Shown: piece by piece, positions 35,215-50,100 of the stretch
Numbering within the stretch: position 1 is the first letter of the stretch
How the letters are laid out: every line of letters begins with the position of its first letter
Origin: Yuukianura sp. NJ FZ-2021
Lineage: Eukaryota
Assembly (NCBI GenBank): GCA_046563655.1
Contig: CM102284.1
Location: forward strand, 3,348,001-3,412,000
DNA length: 64,000 bases
Reading direction: 5' to 3'
Made by a program: the position numbers and the translations under genes
Notes under the pieces: generated by a model
The model's input: the letters and a program-made list of their open reading frames with translations, nothing else
Told to the model about the DNA's origin: nothing
Databases searched by the model: none

Positions 35215-38125
35215 TTCTTTGCTGCTATTATTATAAGGAGCAGTGTACTGTCAGATCTATACCAATGTAGTGATGTAGCTTTGCAAACACAATACAACTT
35301 TGAAAAAAATATATAGAAACTTTAGTTGTAATTTAAAACAATGCTTTGTTCAATAAAATTGAGAAATAAAAGTTAGTGTTTGGCTGTTGGATAGAAACTG
35401 ACACTTGACTTTTGATTTGAATGTGGTTTAATACACAGATGAAGAATCCACATATTACATAAATGTATCAACGTGTATATTTCTGGAGTGAACCATCAAT
35501 TGCATGATGTAATTAAAAAACGACCACAGGCAAGAGTTTAGAATAAAACCAACATATGGCTAATTTTCTTTTGAGATATTGGCATGTTTTTATGTTTTTA
35601 TTTTTGAGAACAAGTTTTTATTGAGAGGCTTATTTATCTTATTCCCACTCTGTGCTGGAAAAATAAGATTTATGCGTGCTGGACTTTTAACCAAAAGAAG
35701 TTTGACTGGATTGCCAATGTCAGTGATCCAAGAAGTCTTTCGCAATTATGTATACTACTGCCAAATCAGGATAATTTAATTACAAATAAGCTCCAAATAT
35801 CAAATAAATTCGCGCAAATCTACGACTTTCATGAGTATAAATGTCAAGGATGCTAAAACGATTATTTTATGTCTACAATTTGGTGAAGCCGTGAAATATA
35901 AACGCAAATTCCCCTCCCAAAAGTAAAAAAAAAATACGCAGATGTCGTAGCGATTTAAATTCATATACATAACTTCGCATTTCGGAATTTTGCATCAATC
36001 GCTCAATAGAAGGTAACGTTGGATTGAAAAGAAATTGTTCACGCACTGCGTTAGTCAAATTAAAATGAAAGAGGTCAGAGGTTATCTCCAAGCAAGTACA
36101 AAATTGCAGAGTTATTTTACAATTCGTCTAGATTATTGAGATGATGACTTGGTAGCGCTCAGTAACACCTTCACCTTTTATGAGAATTGCATACATACCG
36201 AATTTCGTTGGACAACCAAACTCCATTTGATGTATTCCCCCGGTTCCTAAGTGACCATTTCTGGAAGTGCCTGAAGTCAGTCCGTATAAGAACTTTTGTA
36301 TAATTGGGAAGTAGAGGCCAAGGTAGGTATTTGACGCTGCAGAAGCTGGAGCTGGATGCAGTGATGGCAACTGGAAGTCTTATCGCCTTTTCACACTCCA
36401 TTTAAGTTAGTTAGAGAAGCAGCAGCATTGAAAAAGGATTTGAGACTCTTTCGTGCCAAGTTATTACAACTTTCTCCGCCTCTGAATCACTACTTTTAGC
36501 CCAACCACCACCGGAACACCCAAAGAAATGTCTTTGAATTTACCTTCAAGCTCTACTCTCCGCTGCATCCGAAACTGGTTTCTTCATATACACCGCACCG
36601 CACCATAAGCACTTCTTCATTCCAAAAACTCAAAAACGCAAGATTTTTTATTGGTTTTTTACTTTCAGCGCATTTTAAATGGATTTTGTGCATCTTTTTG
36701 GATGTTGGAGTGCCGCAGGAGTTGAGGAAGTGGGCAAAGCCAAAACCTCTGTGTCACTTTTTCTGCGAAATGGTGGAGGTGACGCTGATGCTGACGCTGA
36801 TTTGGAGCGTATGGGTGTAGCGTAGGTTGGCCAGGCAAACTCAGTTCTGTTTATCGTCAAAACTTAAAATGCCATCGTGACTGGAGCTGAAACGGAGTCT
36901 GGATTGTGGAAGTTCGGAGTCTGAGCATCCCCCTTCCAGTGCTTTCTCCAGCAGCGCATTTCATTTCTACTGCACCGTTGTCACACTAGCTTTCTCTGCA
37001 GCCCTCTCCCTACTTTTACTTTTCAAAAGTTATCATCTACTTTTCATAGTCGATTTAAAACCAATTCCGATTCAAAATTTTGAAAAAAAAATCCTTTTTT
37101 AAATCCGAATCAAAAAATTACAAAACCAAGTTCTTTTTTTTATTGTTTAAAAAAATCGTTGTTTGCTTGAATGAAGGTAGGTTTTTCGCCATTCACAGTT
37201 TTAGCATTATAGACTTTACAATGCGCAACGACATTACTCAAAGCTTCGTACTTTAATGAGTAGCTACCTATCCGACTTATCGACGTTGATATCAGTTTTT
37301 TAAATCAGAAATGGTGAAAAGTTACGAGAAAAGAAAGAAAGTCGTATTTTGAAGTTTGACTGTTCGAATTGAAGTTGGCGACATTTTGAAATCAGAAGAA
37401 CATTAAAAAAAAGTGAAAAGTGAACGTGGATGTGCCATTTTCCCTGTTAAAAAAAATGAATTCCATTGTTGTCCCAAGTACAGGTTCAGCATCAGAGCAT
37501 CACTTGGCTTCTTGGCAAATGTTATTTTTGTCATTAACTTCTTCATCTATCAACAGCCGTGGCTTGCCTACCTCCACCACTTACTTAACTGGCCAACAAT
37601 AGAAGAAGGCAATTGAAGTTACAGAATCTTGTAAGGCACAAGGGTTAAAGGCTCTTAAGATGTAAAGATGTCCCAGGATCTGCAACAGGAGGACAGGAAG
37701 ACTTTGCAAACCTTTGACAAAGTCTGCTGTGCCTGTGCAACCAAAACGTAGCGGATTCTGCCTCTTGATTTTCGCATCCACTCACCCCTTCCTTTTAGTC
37801 CAAACAAAGACGTCGAGTCGTTGAGGCTTAAGGGGAGTTTACCCCAAAAAAAAATTCACTTCTTACTTTAACTACTTTGTTGTTTTTGTTTTTGCAATTT
37901 CCAGTTTTTTGAAAGTTGGTTTAGGGTGCGTCTTGATTTGATTTCAGTTGGAATTTATTTGACATTTTAATTGAAAGTGCAAATTCAGTGAACAACCACG
38001 ACGAAGGGAACTGAAAAAAAAAGTTTTGCTCCTAAAAATTTAGTTGTCTTTTGACCTCGATTTGGAACAGCGTGACATCGAATTTTTTTGTGGTGTAAAT
38101 TGAATTGTTTTGGGAGTGAATTGAC

Positions 38126-41100
38126 ATGTTGTGTCACTTGGAGAAAGTGTTGTGTTCCTCAAAATGCTTTTACTGGATCCTACTCTCCCTCGTTTTCTCC
38201 AGCTACATTTGTGGTAAGTAATTGCTCACTAATTGATCACTAACTGCTTTATGACACAAAGCCGAAGCTACAATTTATACCACAATCGATAACCGACATG
38301 GTTTACTCAGTTTTTAAACAATTCTGAAATTTTCGAGATCCGACAACTTCTCTAAACCTTTTAAATTTTGTGCTACTTTTTGTGTTACTAACTCTTAATA
38401 AACGCTTGTTTTAAGCATCAAAATAATTTAGCGGCGTACAACAGTTTATGGAAATTGTGAATGATTTGTGTGTATTTTGTTGCACTCGTAATGGAAGTTA
38501 GGAAGCATAATTGGCGTTGCATCGTGTTCTCCCTCACCCTGAATTATGAAACCAGAAAAACTTGTAAAGTAGAAATTGAAAGTGTTTTTCGTATTATCTC
38601 ACGATTTGTTGAGAGTGCAAGGGGGAAGGGATGCTGTGGGAAGTAAAACAATGACTGCGACTATTTTGCAATGATTGCAACTGAGGAACTCTGTCTCAAG
38701 GGATACTCAATTTCCCAAGTCCTCGTTTTCAATTTTTCCCAATGCAAAACACGCGTCCTTGGAGAACATTTGGATAGGTTGGAAACATATCTTGAAGGAA
38801 TACCTCTTCTGCCTCACTAACCAAATGAAAACAATGGCATAATGGACATTTACCTCAATTGGAAATTGACAGGGGGAAGATGTATCTGACCTCGCCTCAA
38901 AATCACTTTTTACAATAATATTTAACTGTAACATTACTTTTCAATTGTTCATTTATCAACAAGCATCAGCCTTTTGGAGGAGTTGCAATAAGGTTAATTA
39001 AGTTTAGGAAACCTTACTTTAAGCATTTGGTACTTTGAAGTTTTTCATCACTGTAAACTTCGTAACGTTAATTACTTATCGCTGACTCAAGTGATTTATG
39101 AGGTGCCGGTAAAATATGTCTTTACATTCGTGACAAGGTTCGACTTGATTTTTGCGTAATTTTTGTTAACAGTTTTTTTTCTTTAAATTAATGTTATTAA
39201 TTTTTGTAATTTAGCTGTTTCTTGGCTTTGTTGACTTCGAAAACTTGAAAATCAACAATTATTAAAGTACCTTGCGGCTGCTATTTTTTGCTGGTAAATC
39301 CATTCCGTGACACAAACACAACTAAATTTACTAAATACTAATCTAAATGGATCAAAAAGTTTCAGTTGAACTTGATTGTGCATTGAATTTTTAATTGGAG
39401 ACTGGCAGCTAATGATTCATTTTCACCTGTAATTAAGATCAATTAGAAAAAAATGTCGCAAATTGATGGTTTGTAACTGAATCTCAAGGTCATTCTGACA
39501 CTTTTTTTAAGTTTCTGTGTGTTATGAAATGTCAAAAACCGTTGCCCCAATGTTCCACGATCAGACAAATTGTATTTGTACTTATTTAGCGAATTTTCAT
39601 TCAGTCGTTAAAAAAATTGTTGACCTAGGATTCCAAATCCTTCCCCAAATTGAAATCTGTAGTTCGGAGCATGCTAAACATGGCACGACCTCTGTATGGT
39701 AAACAATAAGTGACCTCACGTTTTATTACAAAGTGTAAAGCTGTTACTACCTTTACATAATAATATCTCTTTTTACCCTTTGAGGATTCCTATACATTTT
39801 ACAAGGTAAAAGAGAAACATCGACAGAATACTACATTTAACGTTGACCTTTGACCCCAAAGACATGAGTGATCACAAGTTTATCCGAAACGAAATACTAA
39901 AGCATCTGTAAATAACCGTCCTACTAAAGAGCATGTGGCAACAACGGACAGACAGACAAACAGACAAAGTGTTCCAAAAATAATACAGTAGCTTATCAAT
40001 ATTTTAACAAAACATTTAGTCTTTACTCATGGTACTTTTTAAACCTACTGAATTGTCCAACCCTTTAAATTACTGGTTTTACTTCACTCCAACCTTGAAT
40101 TCCTGAAAACAACACCATTTCACATAATTTCTGAGTTTCCAAAGGTGTTGTTAATTGACATAAATTTTAAGGAAAACAGATGAAGCGATGAAATTTCCGT
40201 ATTGGAAATACTACGTTACCATTTTCAATAGAAAAGGAAATCTTTTGAAATTGTGGAAATCTGAACTGTGAAAAAAATGTTAAATCAAGCGCATTGAAAC
40301 AAGAAGTGTATGTGCCAATCTGAAAATGATTTGGCATTCGCTTGAATGGGAATTAAAATTTAACTTTGAATTTAGTAAAACACTACCAATACCAGAAACT
40401 ATCTTAAATTTTTCAATTTCAAGGAGTTCGTAAATTTCTCAGTTTCTATAAACTTTTGAAAAGTATTCACTGCTCTTTTTGTTAAATTCTGTGGTGTTGA
40501 TGGGGTGGACGATTAAATTGTGACGGATGCGTTGTGCTCAGAGGCATTATTTTTTATTAGAAGTGGAACAACGCCCAAATGACAGTTACAAACAACGGAG
40601 GAATCTTTAAGGAATTCTTACGAAAAAAAACTGCACAGATGACAATGCCTTTTTCGTAATGTTTCAAAACAAGGTCTCTGTGCAGCAAGTATTTTTGTAG
40701 CACAAGAAAATGAATAGAATCGAGCCGTGACTGACTTTTTAGGAGATGCGATAACTCAGGAGAGTCCAAATGCCATCATAAATTTAAATTACGAAAAGCA
40801 ATTCGATTGTTTTTAGCAAAAATAGATTGAATTCTTTAGGTAAAAATTTACACGCGTCGCTACAAATGGCAATCGAGTCCATGACTTGTTAAATCAATTT
40901 TCAAGTTTTCTATTATGTACTATGTCCAATTTTTGCTTTGGCTTTGTACAATTCAGCGTCTCTAGAAGGCTATAAGATTCAGTGGTATCTCACGCAGACA
41001 CAAATTTGCACATTTCGCAACTTTAGTTGAAAGAAGTAACCGCACATTATTTATTCTTGCTGTCACTTTCCTTTTTTCGCACACAAAGTGGCTACTTGGT

Positions 41101-44100
41101 TTTAAAAATTTTAATCACATTTCCTTCACCGTTATGATGAATCTCTCCTGCAAATTACACAAATTATAAAGACATTTTTGACGAGGTTATGTCCAAATCA
41201 AGGTTAAATCCCAAATTAGTCGTGCCATGTTTACTAAACACGATACAGTAAACCTTTGTCACATTTTGTTTCTCTCTTATTTCAATGACATCAACACTTT
41301 TTCCATAAGTCACTCAATAATTGTCCTCCACTTCATTAATTTACAACTACACAAGGATCTTTTAAAAAATGTAAGAATGACGAGACACACGTCTATCCAA
41401 AAATGAATGTGCACTAAAGCGTAACGTTTTCTCTATTACAGCAGTTTCCTGCACAGCATCTAATCATCCACTGCTTCCTAAATTGACACGGCGTGTGAAT
41501 ATTACCAATTATGCAAAACTAGCAATCCTAGTTTGAATTTACAACGTTGAAGCTATTGTTAATCTTAAAAAAGTTGCAGATCGTGGAGGTCAATGATCAT
41601 GACCTGTGAACGTAAAAGATGTGATGACCTGGTGACCTTGTAGAAACGACTCACTCAGGAATAAAAATGACTATAAAATTCTTGTCACAAATTTTTATAA
41701 TAGATGAGGCTCATTTTGTTAGTTGAAGTTAAAGAGAGACGAGAGATCGTGTCTCCCATGTGAATGATTCAGAAATTGAATTGGTAATTTGGAGATACTG
41801 GAAAAGTGAAATTATTGAAGGATATTTCTGTAGCACGTTCGTAATTTGATGATGAATGAGAGATGACATGGAGGATTCAATAGATCCTAATCAAATGAAA
41901 TGAATGGAGAGATCCTGTCACTAAATAGAGGAGAGAGCATCATCCACACAAATACGATTTAATTTGGCATTCGAACTTGATCAAAATTTTAGACAACAAA
42001 AAGAAGAAATTCGTATTTCGGAGAAACTTTGGAAAAGTTATACTTTTTCTAATAAGGAAAATTGCACATGAAAATTACAGCATGTTTCACGGTTAGGTTT
42101 GCCAATTGAATCTCCGAGTGATTTTGATGTTCTCTTACGCTTCTTTCCAAACTTGTCGATTGCTAGATTATGAAACGCCAATTCGTAAAATTGCGCTTCG
42201 TATTCTAACCATAACGCTGCGGTTTCAGTTTTTTTTTCAATTATTGAAGTCGTAACAAAGTAGCACCACTAAATCTTTCTTTCATTTTGAATTGAGACTT
42301 ATTAAATAAGTTAATACTGGGCTTATTAGCGTCAAAATTTCTTGGAACTTACTATTGTCATGTGCAGTTAATTCTTTTCATTTTTCCATGTACTGTTCCG
42401 TATCATTGTAATCCCTGCCTCTAGCCAAGCACCCTGGGAGTCATTTCCGCCTTTGGTGGTGAAAGCAAATCCATTGTCCAAATGTAGCCAGTCCAGATGT
42501 AGCTCTCTCCGTTTCAGAGTGAAAGCTGATTTTGGACAATGGAGAAACTGACTTTTGAATCCTGTTTAGTTTCCAAAGAAATCGCAAACAACGGAGCCTC
42601 CAGAAAAAGAATAGACTTTGGGCTGGCTTTGTGGTTTGGTCAATCCGACTGGATTAGATTTCACATTTAATTCTCTCGAGTTCATACCACCCTTAACTTC
42701 CTCTTTTTACAAAACCTCACTTCAGACAGTTTTCCTAATTCCTTAAAAACTAAATCAGCTTAAATTTTATACGAGCAAAAGAACTAAAGTCAGCTTAAGG
42801 TCTGGATAATATCAGCCTTCTCGAATCTATAGCTCACCGTTCGGCTTAATGCAAAATTACAGATTTCACGATTTGTTTTCATAATTTATCAAATTTTCGG
42901 TATAAAATTACGGAAGGAAAACTGAAATTCTGTAGTTATGCTTTACTGTTTGGCATGGAATTTTGTGTGTGGCGCTAAAGTCCAACCCCCCAGTGTGCTC
43001 TCTTTACTCGTCAAGTGTTTTCTCAACTGAGGAAAAACCGTTTTCTCTTGCATTTCCCCTCGATTAGAGAAAAGTGGGTTTCTCCTAAGCGTTTCAACTC
43101 CCGCGGGAATTCCAACTTTTTCTTCTATTTTCGTACTAAACATTTTCCAAATTGTACAAATTTAGCTGCATAAAACATCATCGTAAGCTTCAGGCTAAAT
43201 ACAAACATGAAAGATTCTAAGTTTCACATTTGCACAAATTCTATCTGTATTTCTGTGTAATGTTAAAGTGTAAAGCCTGATTATAGTTTAGTATTTACAC
43301 TTTTAATTTTTTGAAAATTAGTATCTAATTTTTTCTGCAAAAAGTGTGCCTGCGTATGAATTTCAAAAGACGTGGAAATTGGAGTCCCATGTAATTGAGA
43401 ACAGGTTGAAGTGAAGTTCTCTCTCCTGGAGCTAAACGGAGGAAATCGTATTGATTTTGCCTTCTCTCTGCCTCCTAACTTTCTACGACTTTCTCCAGCT
43501 TTTCCCCTGGTTCCTACCTCAGCAAAAAGTGAGAGTTGAATTCGAAGTTTCGCGGTTGCTTGCTGGTTGGGCGGGAGTGTAACTGTAGGAGACAAAGTTG
43601 GTTGGGAGGATAACAAAAATAGATTTTAGGATTTGGGAACTTTTGAGGTCATTTCATAGTTACTCCCTCCAAACTATCCTGTCTTCATTACATTGTTTAT
43701 GTTTCAATAAATTCTACAATTTCAACAAAGCTTCACAAAGTATAGTCAAGTCAAACTGTAGTATAAATTTCAGAAATAGGCTAAAGGTGAAAGTTCACAT
43801 TTTGCTTCTTTTCAAAAAAAAAGCGAAAACAATCACGTTAGTGGATTCTAGACTATAACACAAAAAGCGATTCGTTTCCGAAGTCTAATCATGCAAATTG
43901 TTCTATTTTTTTCCTTTTGGGTTTCGCTAACTTTTGTTTTCTTTTCAAAATTTGGTGAGTTCAAGCGCTCCCGCGCTGTTCACAACCGTGTCACCCACAA
44001 TTCCTATACAAATCGACCCATTTTGGGGCCGTTCATCATGGCTACCGTCAACAATTCCAGTTTGAACAGAAGTGCTAAAGTCGCTGACTACAGCTTTTCA

Positions 44101-47100
44101 GCTGTCAATCAGTTTTAGCGTCTCCTGTCGCCACGACAAGCGCATTTCCTTTTGTTTCTTAAGTTCAGCAGCAGAAGAAGACGAAGAGGGTGGTAGGTTC
44201 GGTTCGCTTTTTAGTTTTGTGCATTAGGAGGAAGGGAATGACTTCCTGGAGAAAGTGCTGGCACTGGAAGGAAGGAAAAGCACTGGAGTTGGAAGGATAT
44301 GAAAACTGAAAGCGTAGTCATGCATGCTCCCCTCGTCTTCTGGACTTTCTTCTTCTGGAATTCTATTATTTGATTCCGTCAACCTTTTCAGGAGACAGCA
44401 GAGAGAGGAACAAAAAGAAGAAATTCACCAACCACCGTTTCGCGTGTCTGTTTGACAAGTTTTTCATATTACACAAATTCCATCACAGTGTAAACTCAAC
44501 TATTTTGGGAACAACAAAGTTTTCGGAATCTAGGGGACATGTGACACAGGAGGAAACAAACCACTTGAAATGCAATTGCCAGAGGAAATGCAGAGATTAG
44601 CTTTGTTGAAATTTAGTATCGTCGTTGACTTTGGAACAAAATTTGAGTGGGTTTTGAATTGAGCGTGTGTAGGGTTTCCAGTTGAAAATGAAATTTAATT
44701 TAGAGTTTTAGAGTCTTTGTTTAGAACTAAATTAGTCTTTTATTTCTGTACTAAAATTAAATTCCAATTAGTTCTCTTGTGCTCCAGAAGCCTGCTTTTA
44801 TGTCTCTGCTTTCTGAATTTTCAGGTTCGCAAGATCCTTAAAATGAAAACCGTAAAATCTAACATTAGACTAGCCTGAAAGATGAGCAAAAGTTAACCTA
44901 ACTTTACGTTTTCAGTACTTTTTGTTTTAGAGAGATGTGAAAAAACTTTCAGCTAATAAATTTCTCAAAACTTCCATTTTTGCTAATGAGCAAAGCTTTT
45001 ATGAAACATTTTTGACAAATGGTTTTTTTTTCGTTCTTGTAGCTCATTTTTCTATTGAAATTTCATAGGATTTGGATTTTGAAAGACGAGGAGAAAGCGG
45101 TTGGTGGAGAAGATGGGATTTGCGGAGTATTAAAATTTTGGTAATTATGAGCTCAACGGCTTCATCTTCGTGTCAAATTCTGCCAAGAAGTCATTTTCCC
45201 AGAAAGTTTTAAGTTTTAGCTTGAAAGATGAATTGGACTTGAAACAAAACACGAACTTTCTCCGCTTTCTCCTCACATAGGAACAGATAGCGTGCATTAA
45301 AAGTTCCATGGACATTATAAATCTACCACCACACCGAAGTCTCATCTTCTGCTGAACAGCGCCGTTTTACCTCCACCCCCTCCCCCCAACTGAGCATGAA
45401 TTTTGAGTCGTCGTAATGGCTTAATGTGTTCTAATGGTGGCAGGAACTGGGGAGTCTCACATTATGAACAGTGGATTGACTCCATCCTTGGCACAGCACG
45501 AACCAAGATCATGTTCCCCCTGCTTAAGTTCCAAGTGAAAGTTGGAGCTGGAGGGATCGATGAATTTGATATGATTATTTGCTGACGCTGGAAATCACTA
45601 TAGAGATGATTTAAACCCAGAAATCCATAACCAGACCTAACGCTTTCACTTCCGCTTCAAACCTATCACCGTACCCCCAAAACACGGACCATTTCGAATC
45701 ATTGTGCATTTTCATGCATCAGTCAACAAAATTCATTTCCTGCAAAATCCAGCAGAACGTTTACTTTTGCATCTCCAGTTTCACCTTTGACCCTGATCAC
45801 TCTAACTTGTTCAAATAACATTCTAACCAATAATCTATCAATTATAAGTCAATCTTGTTAAAGTAATGACAAGTTTGCTTCACTGTTAATAAACCCTTAC
45901 TGTTTTTGGCAGTAGTAAATGTTAGATTTTGGGACATCCTGTACATTTGTCTCTGCTAGACAGATTCTTATTTTGTAAGGAAGAGAAAGCTGAAAGTGAA
46001 AGTGAGGCCATTACTAAAGATTTTAATTAACTCGGAATAAGATAAAAGCAGGAAGCACTGGAGTCGTTGGTTAACAAAGGAAAAACTTTGAGTTTTCTCC
46101 TTTTTTCACTTTTTAATTACGATCCACACTGAATCTCTTGTGCACATCTCACGTTCAGTTGTAATTTCCCAGATTCAATTTCTGTTTCTTTCACTTCGAC
46201 TTCATACAAAGAAGCTGTTCTTTGCTTTCTAGACTACACAATATGCTCAATTGCCTTTGTCTCGAAACAAAAACTTTAGGAAAAATTCAAAAACACTGAC
46301 TTTTGAGTTCCTTTGAGCAAATTCCTCAGCTCCAGGAGAAACTGAATTCACAATCTACGCAAGTAAAATACGTTAAAAACGAAAGCTTTGACATCGAATT
46401 CAGAAAGAAATTTGAACTTTTGTTAAAAACGTTAAACAAAAGCTAATAATGCAAATTCATATTTATACAAATTAATGAAAACTAAAATTTGATTTCTACT
46501 TTTTATTTTTTACACTTACCAGGTTACTAAAAAGTTCGTATTTTTTTTAGGCGTAGAAAGCCGTGAGTACTATGGAAAATTCATTGGAAATTTCAACAAC
46601 TACGCTCATAAGGTTTCCGGAAAAGTTTATGCAGTGGATGAAGATACGATTTTTATCAAAGGCTTTTCCTATGACGGAAACGGACCAGGTAACTTCCGAA
46701 ATTAAAAAGAAACCTCGAAATACAAATTAGTTGAGATTTAACAGACACAAAAAGAAAAAATATCAAGTTAGTCGCTCCTGAATAACGTTTTTTTACTTTT
46801 CAGATGCATTTTTCTGGGTGGGAAAAGACAACCAACCTTCGCCCAATGGGGTCATTGTTCCATACCCCGACGATTACTCAGACAAGTAAGTAAATAACCG
46901 AAATGTAAAGATTTTAATTAGATCAAGTTAACAGCAGGATTAAATCTAATTTTTTAACAAGGTAAGGGAGCACAGTGATGAACAAAACTAAAATTACCGA
47001 AACTTTTAGAAATTGAGTTTGTAAGTTTCAAAATTTGTTTCACTGGAGTCCAAGTTTTGAAATTTTGAAAAAGGGAGTACATGGTACATCCATTTGAGCG

Positions 47101-50100
47101 TAGAAGAGTGATAAGTTTCAGAAACGTGCTTGGAATTGAGTAGGGTAGAAAGCAGAAGAAGAAGAAAGTAGTCCACAATCCCACCATTCTTCATTTTCCA
47201 TAAACCCGGAAGCGAAGAAAAAAACGAAGTTCTTTGAAGTAGGGCTGAAGCGATTCGGAACGAGCGTTTCGATATCGAATCCTTCCAGAATGCCGAACGA
47301 AAGGAAGTAGGATTGATATGCCCACCGGTAACTCAATCACCCTCCTTCTCCAGCCATTCAAGAACCTCCTCGGCCTAATTCAGTTTCCTCTTTTTCAATA
47401 ATAATTCTATTTGAACAAGACAATATTGTAATAAGGACTCCACAAACAGTCTTCCCTGCACTGCTTTTCCTGTGTTTTCAAAACCGCTGCATTTGTAAAC
47501 TTCAAAAACCTTCAAACTCCACTTTCACTGGAATCCGGTTTTGAAATCCCAAAGGAATTCAAACCAAACAAAGAGTTGCACAAACACACACGCACGTCTT
47601 TTGCAGTTTTTCAACCCTGTTGTTAAAAATTCCTGAATTTCACTCCTTCTGAACAAGAAAAAGCTTCACTTCAGTTTGACGATAATTTTGAAAAAAAAAG
47701 TTGGTTTTACATTTTGATTTTGGCAGCGTTTCAAAAAATTTCGACAGAAGTCATTTAAACAGGAGAGGAAATGGAAAAATGGAATGAAAAACGTGCGATG
47801 TGGAGAAAGCAAGGGGTGAAAGTAGCTCATCAAAAGTACTGGAAGGACGAGGGATAAAGCCAATAAGACTTCCCGAAAAGCCCCTCCAGAACCACCACGG
47901 CGTTCCATCAATGTCGATATTATTGCAAAAGCGATTTCCACTGCTCGGTTCTTATTGACACTTCGGCTGTCTGCACACTTTCTAACATGGGTCTAGTAGT
48001 TTAGTTAGTGAGAACGGCGAGTAAGATGAAATGGAAACGGAGATTCCATGGTCTTTTGCTTTCTCTCCCACAATCGTATAGATTTTCAAACGGAAATTCA
48101 AAAGAAAGCGTGCTTTCTCTCCTTTCCAAAGGTTCGCGCGGTTCGGAAAGTTTGAATTTTTTTTAGCGTCACTGGCTAACCAAAGGAATAGGAAATTTAA
48201 AACAGTGAAAAGGCGGAGTTGCTTTCTCTTCGTTTCATTAAACGTCATACGGTTCTGTTTTGCATCCACTGCGTTTCCGCGTTTACTAAACGACCGTTTA
48301 TATGCGCCAATGATCTCATCTCCATACGCATAATCGCTGACTCTCAAAAGCCGAAGACTACAAAGCTTGTTCCAAATATATAAAAGTAAAAGCGATTTCG
48401 CTCTGAAACTTCTATTTTTTTTAATTTTGCTAAACCATGGTTACTTTTCTTCGAATTCTAAAACTTTGTGATGTGAATTGAGATGCAGTGTTGGAAATCA
48501 TCAAAATATCAACTTCAAAAGAGACAGATGATGATGGATGGTAAATAGAGAAAATTCGGAATAAGGGAAGCCTAATCCGCTTAAAATATTACAGCTCTGC
48601 TTGAATATTATAAACTGGTACTTTCTTGCTGGTTTGTCCAAATGCAACGAAACGAGGTTTTTGAAAGTAGGAAAAGTGAAGTGCTAGGATGTAGCGAGGC
48701 TACTGTTGTCAGGACTTATCATTTGTTCCTTTCAAACTTTCTCCATTAAGTCCCTGCTCCATGGTTCCGCAGGACTTTCACTTCAAAGCCCTATAACTTA
48801 TGACTGTTGGAGAGCCAGAAGCGCTGGAAAGGAAACGAGGAAGCGTTTGGAGCGTCGACTACGTTTATTACTTCATCATTTGTGCTTTGGAGGACGACTC
48901 ACATTCAATTTGTACTTTGTAAAGTTTCCTTTCTGGAAACAACTACTACAGGGGACTACAGGAGAAAATAGTGGAGGAATTGTACGAATTCTGCTTTTCT
49001 TATGCTGTGCTATGCTCCAAAAAGAATCTTTAGAATTTTTTGAAACTTTCTCCTTTCACAAAATCCTTACTTTCTCCTCCAAACCATCATTTCCTAGGCA
49101 GGTCTTTTGAATAAAAGTTGTCCTTCCAGGACACATTTCACTTTACAAAAAAATGAAAAAGAAACCGTATCGATGAAAAGCTTTTTGTGGCTTTTGCATA
49201 ACATTGTAACCAACTTTTCTTACCACATAAGAAGTTTGAAAAAGGCATTCATCGCAGTATACCGGGAATAAAAACTGGGAGGTCTTGTTTCACTAACGAC
49301 CACACTTCCTAAAATTTTAGATGACGATTTTAGGTTTATCGGTTCTGGCATAAAGAGCCAGTAGCGATATTATGAGTACAAAGGTTTAAGATTACATGAG
49401 CAATACATTAGATAAAGCAGTCAGTAGCTGTTGCATAAACTAAATCTTCAAACTGAACATCTCCTCTTGTTTTTTTAGTTAAATCTATAATTCCGGATTT
49501 CTCGGTATGCGTCAAATTAGTAATGAAACTGTGTTTACAAAGCAGCTTTCTGCTTAATAACTAATAGCAATGTGGGCTTATTATTCGTAAGCTACCTACA
49601 CTACTTTGCAAAACGTATTAAAAACCACTAAAACGTACTAAAAGCTATTTCCAAGAAAAACAAACATACGACCTCGGTATGACACAGGCTTTATTAAAAA
49701 AATTATATTATGTACAAAGTTATATCTTCCCTAAAAAAAGGTTAAAACACAATTACTCCCAGGCGGGGAATTGAACATAACATAGGGTTACTAGAATTAA
49801 ATAAAAATTTGCATTTTTCGTAAAAGGAAGAAAAAAATTACTCCCCGGCGGGGAATCGAACCCCGATTTCCCACGTGACAGGCGGAGATACTGACCATTA
49901 TACTACCGAGGACCCGGTTGGGAGAATCGCTTCACATTCACTTACACTATCCTACTCCACTTCTGGAAACGCAGTGGTACAAATGAAGAATGAAAGTTTA
50001 CAAAAGTTTGTTGCAACCGCACTTTCATTTCGCAATGATTGTTTGTGAGTTGTGAATTTAGATTAAAAATGGTCAATTGAAGGAGGTTTACTGTAGTACT

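Larger units (their letters stand above)
1087..43671. repeat. Dispersed exact 15-mer TAGTTACTCCCTCCA (5 copies)
   Basis: Copies at 1087-1101 (+), 6906-6920 (-), 9159-9173 (+), 14404-14418 (+), 43657-43671 (+). Flanks unrelated; all non-coding. Confidence 0.85.

Noticed and set aside
36100-37000. Moderately GC-rich short ORFs between the P450 and Knk-like genes
   Set aside because: No recognisable motifs or consistent exon chain; may be UTR or regulatory sequence.
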